Shown one piece after another: positions 47,004-52,278 of a DNA stretch of 52,278 nucleotides (positions within the stretch are counted from its first letter, which is position 1; each line of letters begins with the position of its first letter). Location: the NCBI GenBank assembly GCA_028822815.1, contig JAPKCW010000001.1, positions 1 to 52,278 on the forward strand. The letters run 5' to 3'. The notes below the pieces were generated by a model. It saw only the letters and a program-made list of their open reading frames with translations, searched no databases and was not told the DNA's origin. Origin of the DNA: Nitrospinaceae bacterium (GTDB lineage: Bacteria; Nitrospinota; Nitrospinia; Nitrospinales; VA-1). The position numbers and the translations under genes are program-made.

Positions 47004-48386
47004 ATGCGTTACGACACTATTATTATCGGCGCGGGTTTATCGGGTTTGGCCGCGGGCATTCGGTTGGCCATGTTCGATAAAAAGGTCTGCATTGTTGAAA
47101 AACATAGCGTGATTGGCGGTTTGAATTCCTTTTATGTAAGGAAAAACCGCGTATTTGATGTCGGACTCCACGCCATGACCAATTTCACTCCTAAAGGAGT
47201 CCGGTCATCGCCGCTCGGCAAGCTACTGAAACAATTGCGTTTCAGCCATGACGATTTTCGCCTGTGCCAGCAGGATATGTCGGAAATACATTTTCCTGAG
47301 AATTCCCTGCGTTTTACCAACGATTTTGAGTTTATGCGGCAGGAGGTGGCCGAACAGTTTCCCGATCAGATTGACGGATTCAACAAGTTGGTGGAAAAGA
47401 TCCTTTCTTTCGATGAGTTGAACCTTGACGATGCTGACCGTCTTTTGTCTCGGCCGGTTTTGGAGTCTTATATCAGCGATCCGGTGTTGATCGACATGCT
47501 GTTTTGCCCCTTGATGTATTATGGCAATGCGCGTGAGGGGGACATGGATTTTTATCAATTTGTCATCATGTTCAAGAGCATTTTTGTAGAAGGATTTTCC
47601 AAGCCCCAAGGTGGAATGCCTTACATCCTCAATCTCCTGGCTGATAAGTTCAAGCATCTTGGCGGTGAATTGAAGATGGGAAACGGGGTTAAAACCATCA
47701 ATGCAAAGCAGGGAACGGTCGATTCGGTGACGCTTGCAAATGAGGAAGAATTAGCAACTGCAGCGGTACTTTCTTCCATGGGCTATGTGGAAACGCTTAA
47801 CTGTTGCCAGCCTAAGCTTGCCGAGGCAGGTGTATGCGAGACGGGCCAGGTTTCGTTTATGGAATCCCTTTTTGTGGTGGACCGGGAGCCACGTGACCTG
47901 GGTTATGATAAGAGCATTGTCTTTTTTTCCATCCATCCACGCTTCGATTATAAAGTACCGGGCGATTTGATCGATATTTCCAGCGGTGTGTTGTGTTGCA
48001 GCAATAATTTTCAATACCCACAACCGCTTGAGGAAGGGCTGATTCGCCTGACCAATCTTGCCCATTTCGGAAAATGGGACAGCCTGCCGAGAAAGGACTA
48101 TATCGCCGCCAAGAAGGAATGCCGGACCCAGGCTTTGGAGGCTTTATTTACATTTTTTCCCGATTTTCGCGATAATGTGGTATTTTTAGACTCGTTTACG
48201 CCTAAGACCATTAAAAAATATACAGGCCACATTAATGGGGCTGTTTATGGGTCTCCGCAGAAAATTAAAAATGGAAAAACCCCTGTTAAAAACCTGTATA
48301 TTTGCGGGACAGATCAGGGGTTTTTAGGTATTATTGGGGCCACATTAAGCGGAATATCCATGGCCAACCTGCATATTTTACAATGA
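47004..48386 (+). CDS. FAD-dependent oxidoreductase of the phytoene-desaturase/CrtI (COG1233-like) family, paralogue 1
   Basis: The N-terminal dinucleotide fold reads YDTIIIGAGLSGLAAGIRLA...VCIVEKHSVIGG. The length (~460 aa) and the C-terminal GAVYG...NLYICG block fit the family. Confidence 0.78.
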   Translation: MRYDTIIIGAGLSGLAAGIRLAMFDKKVCIVEKHSVIGGLNSFYVRKNRVFDVGLHAMTNFTPKGVRSSPLGKLLKQLRFSHDDFRLCQQDMSEIHFPENSLRFTNDFEFMRQEVAEQFPDQIDGFNKLVEKILSFDELNLDDADRLLSRPVLESYISDPVLIDMLFCPLMYYGNAREGDMDFYQFVIMFKSIFVEGFSKPQGGMPYILNLLADKFKHLGGELKMGNGVKTINAKQGTVDSVTLANEEELATAAVLSSMGYVETLNCCQPKLAEAGVCETGQVSFMESLFVVDREPRDLGYDKSIVFFSIHPRFDYKVPGDLIDISSGVLCCSNNFQYPQPLEEGLIRLTNLAHFGKWDSLPRKDYIAAKKECRTQALEALFTFFPDFRDNVVFLDSFTPKTIKKYTGHINGAVYGSPQKIKNGKTPVKNLYICGTDQGFLGIIGATLSGISMANLHILQ

Positions 48387-48420
48387 CAGGCCCATCAAAA
48401 AATTCATCGTTTGAGAATCA

Positions 48421-49869
48421 ATGAGTAAACCATCGAAAGACTGGTTAAAGGGTGTTTTGTCTGCCTACGATACGGTTGTGATTGGCAGCGGTCTGGCGGG
48501 AATGACGTCTGCCAATCTTCTGGCTAAAATGGGGCACAAGGTTTTGCTGGCAGAGCATCATTACAATATGGGGGGCCTGGCCACCTGGTTCAAACGCAAG
48601 GGCGGGCATATCATGGATATCTCCCTGCACGGGTTCCCCTGCGGGATGATCAAAACCTTGCGAAAATACTGGAGCCAGGACATTTCCAAACGGGTCATCC
48701 AGCTTAAAAATGTTCGTTTCGACAATCCACAGTTTTCCCTCAATACCACTTTCGACAAAATAGACTTCACACATATCTTACGCGAGCGTTTCGGCATCCT
48801 TAAAGAAGTGATCGATGAGTTTTTTATGACCGCCCGAAGCATGAATTTTTATGACGAAGTGGTCATGACTACCCGCGACCTTTTTGAGAAATTTTTTCCG
48901 GGCCGCACCGATGTCTGGCGGTTTCTCATGGAACCGATCACCTATGCCAATGGTTCCACCTTGGATGATCCGGCACTGACTTACGGTATTGTTTTTTCCA
49001 ACTTCATGGACAAGGGAGTTTTTACCTATCAGGGTGGTACCGATCACCTGATTAAGGAAATGAAGAAGGAGCTTTTGCGAAACGGTGTGGACATTCGCAC
49101 TCACTGTTTGGTCGAAAAAATTTATGTGGAAGATAAAACGGTGCAGGGGGTTCGCATCAACGGGCAGGATATTGTGTGCAAGTCCGTCCTTTCCAATTCG
49201 AATTTATTGACTACCATCGAACAACTGACAGGCGAGGAACATTTTTCTCCCGAATTTATCAAAGAGGTCAAAAAAGTTCGGCTCAATAATTCCAGTTGCC
49301 AGGTTTATATGGGAATCAAAAAAGGGGAAACCGTGCCGCATGTAGGCGACCTGCTGTTCTCGTCCGTGGCGGACGAATACTGCACGGATAAAATATTGAG
49401 CAAAGACGTTACCAGCCGCACCTTTTCGTTTTATTACCCGGAGATCCGCCCGGGAACCAATCGTTATTCCATCGTTTCTTCGACCAACGCCCGGTATCAG
49501 GACTGGGCTAACCTGAGCGAATCTCAATATAAGAAAGACAAGCATGACTTGGAGCAAAGCACTCTCGATGCGCTGGAAAAATATGTTCCTGGCATTCGCA
49601 AAAAAGTGGATCATGTGGAAGCGTCAACACCAAAAACTTTCAAGCGCTATACCCTGCACCCTTCGGGTACTTCGTTTGGAACCAAGTTTGAGGGACTTAA
49701 AATAAGCCGAGACCTTCCTAATCAGATTAATGGGTTGTTCCATGCTGGGTCGGTGGGAATTATTATGTCGGGCTGGCTGGGAGCGGCGAACTATGGAGTC
49801 ATTGTCGCCAACGAAACGGATAAATTCCTCCGGCAGTTGAGCCCGAGCCTGGTGACCGCATCAGCCTGA
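48421..49869 (+). CDS. FAD-dependent oxidoreductase of the phytoene-desaturase/CrtI (COG1233-like) family, paralogue 2
   Basis: N-terminus reads [20 protein letters not shown]...[24 protein letters not shown] is present, as is a C-terminal GLFHAGS block. Confidence 0.78.
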   Translation: MSKPSKDWLKGVLSAYDTVVIGSGLAGMTSANLLAKMGHKVLLAEHHYNMGGLATWFKRKGGHIMDISLHGFPCGMIKTLRKYWSQDISKRVIQLKNVRFDNPQFSLNTTFDKIDFTHILRERFGILKEVIDEFFMTARSMNFYDEVVMTTRDLFEKFFPGRTDVWRFLMEPITYANGSTLDDPALTYGIVFSNFMDKGVFTYQGGTDHLIKEMKKELLRNGVDIRTHCLVEKIYVEDKTVQGVRINGQDIVCKSVLSNSNLLTTIEQLTGEEHFSPEFIKEVKKVRLNNSSCQVYMGIKKGETVPHVGDLLFSSVADEYCTDKILSKDVTSRTFSFYYPEIRPGTNRYSIVSSTNARYQDWANLSESQYKKDKHDLEQSTLDALEKYVPGIRKKVDHVEASTPKTFKRYTLHPSGTSFGTKFEGLKISRDLPNQINGLFHAGSVGIIMSGWLGAANYGVIVANETDKFLRQLSPSLVTASA

Positions 49870-49910
49870 AGTCAAATGGCCTCTTTTCGCTTTCCTGAAA
49901 CTCAATAACT

Positions 49911-50654
49911 ATGAAATTCGATTTTACCGGGCAAACGGCTCTGGTCACAGGTGGTACGCGTGGCATAGGCCGGGCCATCTCAGAGGCGTTCCTCAAAGCC
50001 GGAGCAAAAGTCATCGCTACTTATCTGGGTAATGATGGGGAAGCGGAGAACTTTAAACACGCCAATGCCGACCACGCAGACTTTCTCGACATTCATAAGT
50101 TCGATGTTTCCGATTATGTAGCGGTTGAAAAGTTTTATAAAGAAATCGAAACGAAATACGAAAACTTCCAGATCCTTGTTGTCAGTTCAGGCATTCGTTC
50201 CGATTCCATTGTTGGCATGATGAAGGCAGAGGACTGGAACCGGGTCATCAACACCAACCTGACAGGAACTTTCAATTTGTGCAAGCTGGCAGTACAGTCC
50301 ATGATGCGCCAGAGATATGGAAGGATCATCACTTTAACCTCTCCCATTGGCAAGTTCGGGTTTGCGGGCCAAGCCAATTACGCCGCGTCAAAAGCGGGTC
50401 AGGTGGCATTCACACGATCCCTCTCCAAGGAAGTAGCGAGCCGTAAGATAACCGTTAATTGTGTTTCGCCAGGTTTCATCGATACCGATTTCATTGGCGA
50501 TCTGCCGGAAGAACAGAAAAAATTCTATAAAGACCAGATTCCCCTGAAACGCTTTGGAACCCCGGAGGATGTAACCTGCCCGGTGCTGTTTCTTGCGTCA
50601 AAAGAATCTTCTTACATCACAGGTTCGGTGTTAGAGGTAACCGGGGGACTATAG
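49911..50654 (+). CDS. fabG: 3-oxoacyl-ACP reductase (FabG-like SDR)
   Basis: ALVTGGTRGIGRAI (TGxxxGIG) and the catalytic NYAASKAG (YxxxK). 247 aa. Confidence 0.85.
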   Translation: MKFDFTGQTALVTGGTRGIGRAISEAFLKAGAKVIATYLGNDGEAENFKHANADHADFLDIHKFDVSDYVAVEKFYKEIETKYENFQILVVSSGIRSDSIVGMMKAEDWNRVINTNLTGTFNLCKLAVQSMMRQRYGRIITLTSPIGKFGFAGQANYAASKAGQVAFTRSLSKEVASRKITVNCVSPGFIDTDFIGDLPEEQKKFYKDQIPLKRFGTPEDVTCPVLFLASKESSYITGSVLEVTGGL

Positions 50655-50655
50655 G

Positions 50656-51081
50656 ATGTCACAGGACTTTCTTCAATACATTCCCCATCGTCCGCCTTTT
50701 CTGTTTATCGACCGGGTGCTTGAAGAAAGCGACGATACTATCAAGGCGGAAAAAAAGATCGATCCGAAAGAACCGTTTTTTGAGGGGCATTTTCCTGGAA
50801 GACCGATCATGCCGGGAGTGTTGATCTTTGAATCCATTTTTCAGGCCGGCGCAATCATGATGGGGAAACGTATGGCCAACGAAGGCAAGATCCCGGTTCT
50901 CACCCGTGTCAATAACATTAAACTCAAGCATGCTGTTCATCCGGGAGATACGATGCAGATTGAGGTGAAGCTCAAAGATTTGGTCAGTACCGCCGCATAC
51001 ATGACGGGCAAGGCCACCGTCAACGGTAAAACTGCAGTCACCCTGGAGTTCTCCGCCATGCTGGTTGAGGAGACAAAATAG
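50656..51081 (+). CDS. 3-hydroxyacyl-ACP dehydratase (FabZ-like hot-dog fold)
   Basis: IPHRPPFLFIDRV and FFEGHFPGRPIMPGVLIFESIFQAG. 141 aa. The start is 1 nt after the fabG stop. Confidence 0.85.
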   Translation: MSQDFLQYIPHRPPFLFIDRVLEESDDTIKAEKKIDPKEPFFEGHFPGRPIMPGVLIFESIFQAGAIMMGKRMANEGKIPVLTRVNNIKLKHAVHPGDTMQIEVKLKDLVSTAAYMTGKATVNGKTAVTLEFSAMLVEETK

Positions 51082-51120
51082 CGGAGAATGAGCACGTTAT
51101 ACTTTTCATTAGCCTTTGTG

Positions 51121-51298
51121 CCTCGAAGGAGATCTTTGCATGATCTGGTATTTTCATTACATACGCTCTTCAGCATAACAAATCAAATCTCACAAGATCG
51201 TCATCGCGAGCCGCAAAGCGGCGTGGCGATCCAGAGTTTTTCTGGATTGCTTCACTTTGTTCGCAATGACGATTTATGCAAAGGTCTCCTCTCGAAGG
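51121..51298. mobile_element. MITE-like non-autonomous element: imperfect ~21-23-nt terminal inverted repeats around an internal ~73-nt palindrome
   Basis: The left TIR is CCTCGAAGGAGATCTTTGCAT (51121-41). The right TIR is ATGCAAAGGTCTCCTCTCGAAGG (51276-98). The internal palindrome CGTCATCGCGAGCC...GTTCGCAATGACG spans 51199-51271. There is no coding capacity. Confidence 0.55.
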
Positions 51299-51326
51299 GG
51301 TAACGGCTTTATAAGGTGAACAAAAA

Positions 51327-52133
51327 ATGAGTTTTCTCGATCTTGAAAACAAAAGCTTCTTAGTGACCGGAGTAGCAAACAGGAAAAGTGTTGCCTGGCA
51401 TATTGCGAAAGTGCTGGAAGAAGAGGGTGCGAAGGTTATATATAGTGTCCGCTCCGAAGATCGTAAAAAGTCACTGGAAAAGCTTCTAGCAGGTAGGCCG
51501 GTCTTCGTCTGTGATGTGGAGAAACAGGAAGATATTGAACGTTTAAAGATCCAGGTGGCGCAACACAGTAAGGTCCTGCACGGACTCGTCCACTCCATAG
51601 CTTTTGCAAATTATTCTCAGGGCTTGAAACCCTTTCATGAAACGCCGAAAAAGGATTTTCTTCAGTCCGTCGATATCAGTTGTTATTCCCTGATCAGTCT
51701 CGCCAACGTTTTTAAGGACTTCTTCGATCAACAGGCCTCTGTTGTTACAGTATCGATCTCCACTACACGGATGGCGGCGGAAAATTACGGATACATGGCT
51801 CCGGCGAAGGCAGCGCTCGATTCCACTCTCTGTTTCCTGGCAAAATCGTTCAGCGCATTTTCACAAGTCCGGTTCAACTCCATCAATCCAGGCCTGCTCA
51901 AGACATCGGCCTCGGCGGGCATACCCGGCTATATCGATTCCTACCTGCATGCCGAAAAGGCAACATTGAGGAAAAAAGGTCTGACCACTCAGGAGGCGGC
52001 CAATGCAGCGGTATTTTTGTTGAGCAAACGCGCAAGTGGCATCAATGCCCAGGGTTTGGTTCTTGATGCCGGAATGTCCATCAACTATTTTGATCAGGAA
52101 TTGACCACTAGGCGTGGGGCCAACGAACAATAG
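51327..52133 (+). CDS. fabI: enoyl-ACP reductase (FabI-like SDR) with repeat-encoded C-terminal tail
   Basis: [22 protein letters not shown] (FabI-type N-terminus), the YMAPAKAAL catalytic Y-x6-K, and [10 protein letters not shown]. The last ~9 codons are read from the repeat at 52105. Confidence 0.85.
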   Translation: MSFLDLENKSFLVTGVANRKSVAWHIAKVLEEEGAKVIYSVRSEDRKKSLEKLLAGRPVFVCDVEKQEDIERLKIQVAQHSKVLHGLVHSIAFANYSQGLKPFHETPKKDFLQSVDISCYSLISLANVFKDFFDQQASVVTVSISTTRMAAENYGYMAPAKAALDSTLCFLAKSFSAFSQVRFNSINPGLLKTSASAGIPGYIDSYLHAEKATLRKKGLTTQEAANAAVFLLSKRASGINAQGLVLDAGMSINYFDQELTTRRGANEQ

Positions 52134-52229
52134 CTTTGTTTGGCTGGCAACGATGCTCTCGGTTTGAAGAGTTCTTGTACCCTTCCAAGGGCATGAAGGC
52201 AAATGAAAAGGACATCACGCTGGCGGCGG
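52105..52229 (-). repeat. family-A REP/MITE-like repeat (reverse) followed by module B
   Basis: CCACTAGGCGTGGGGCC (52105-21). The interior is alignable to the reverse complement of 37160-37226. Then come GTACCCTTCCAAGGGCATGAAGGCAAATGAAAAGG (52177-211) and ATCACGCTGGCGGCGG. Confidence 0.75.
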
Positions 52230-52278
52230 TTCGCCGGTTAGAATTGTTTGAGGAAGCGCAGGTCGTTTTCGAAGAACA

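Noticed and set aside
51088-51598. A 71-aa ORF (51088-51303) and a 142-aa antisense ORF (51170-51598) around the spacer between the FabZ-like and FabI-like genes.
   Set aside because: The first is the translation of the MITE-like palindrome. The second is mostly antisense to the well-supported FabI-like gene and runs into the same palindrome.
1-52278. A search of the whole window for CRISPR arrays, Cas or defence genes, toxin-antitoxin pairs, prophage or integrative elements, and rRNA.
   Set aside because: None found. There are no spacer-interrupted repeats, and no nuclease/helicase/methylase clusters, integrases or transposases. The only RNA gene recognised is tRNA-Leu.

Overview
This is a 52.3-kb chromosomal window from an unidentified motile Gram-negative bacterium. 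There is no rRNA or other marker to place it, and any lineage guess would be inference. It is gene-dense and mostly housekeeping.

Gene content in order:
- A type IV pilus block: a PilW/PilF-like TPR lipoprotein, rodZ-like, pilT, pilU-like, a zinc-ribbon protein, a cNMP-binding protein, pilC and a pilS-like kinase.
- A CDGSH protein and an FGE-family lipoprotein.
- A minus-strand flagellar hook block (fliK-flgD-flgE behind a good sigma-54 promoter match) followed by a DUF115/Maf-type gene.
- A decayed PP2C phosphatase remnant, a two-subunit sodium:solute symporter and tRNA-Leu(CAA).
- Three tandem, translationally coupled TMTC-like membrane-plus-TPR paralogues, facing a GAF/sigma-54 activator.
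- folD-xseA-(CBS)-xseB-tlyA, an orphan ORF, an HD-GYP protein, gpmA, recN, a TPR-like protein, an MlaC-like protein, rimO and pfk.
- The canonical rpsB-tsf-pyrH-frr-uppS-cdsA-dxr string, continued by ispF.
- A self-contained FAS-II-like cassette: KAS, a private ACP, two CrtI-fold flavoproteins, then FabG, FabZ-like and FabI-like genes.

Observations most worth follow-up:
1. The lipid cassette with two phytoene-desaturase-family flavoproteins.
2. A modular REP/MITE-like repeat family (core GGCCCCACGCCTAGTGG). It fills many intergenic spacers and supplies the stop codons or C-terminal residues of several genes. A separate MITE-like insertion with terminal inverted repeats lies between the FabZ-like and FabI-like genes.
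3. The TMTC-like triplet.
4. The zinc-ribbon/pseudo-receiver and cNMP-binding genes embedded in the pilus operon.
5. Three frameshifts, all inside homopolymer runs (CBS gene, tlyA, pfk). They look like run-length sequencing errors rather than true pseudogenes.

I saw no CRISPR array, prophage, transposase or recognisable defence system. All family assignments rest on motifs read by eye from the translations; no searches were run.
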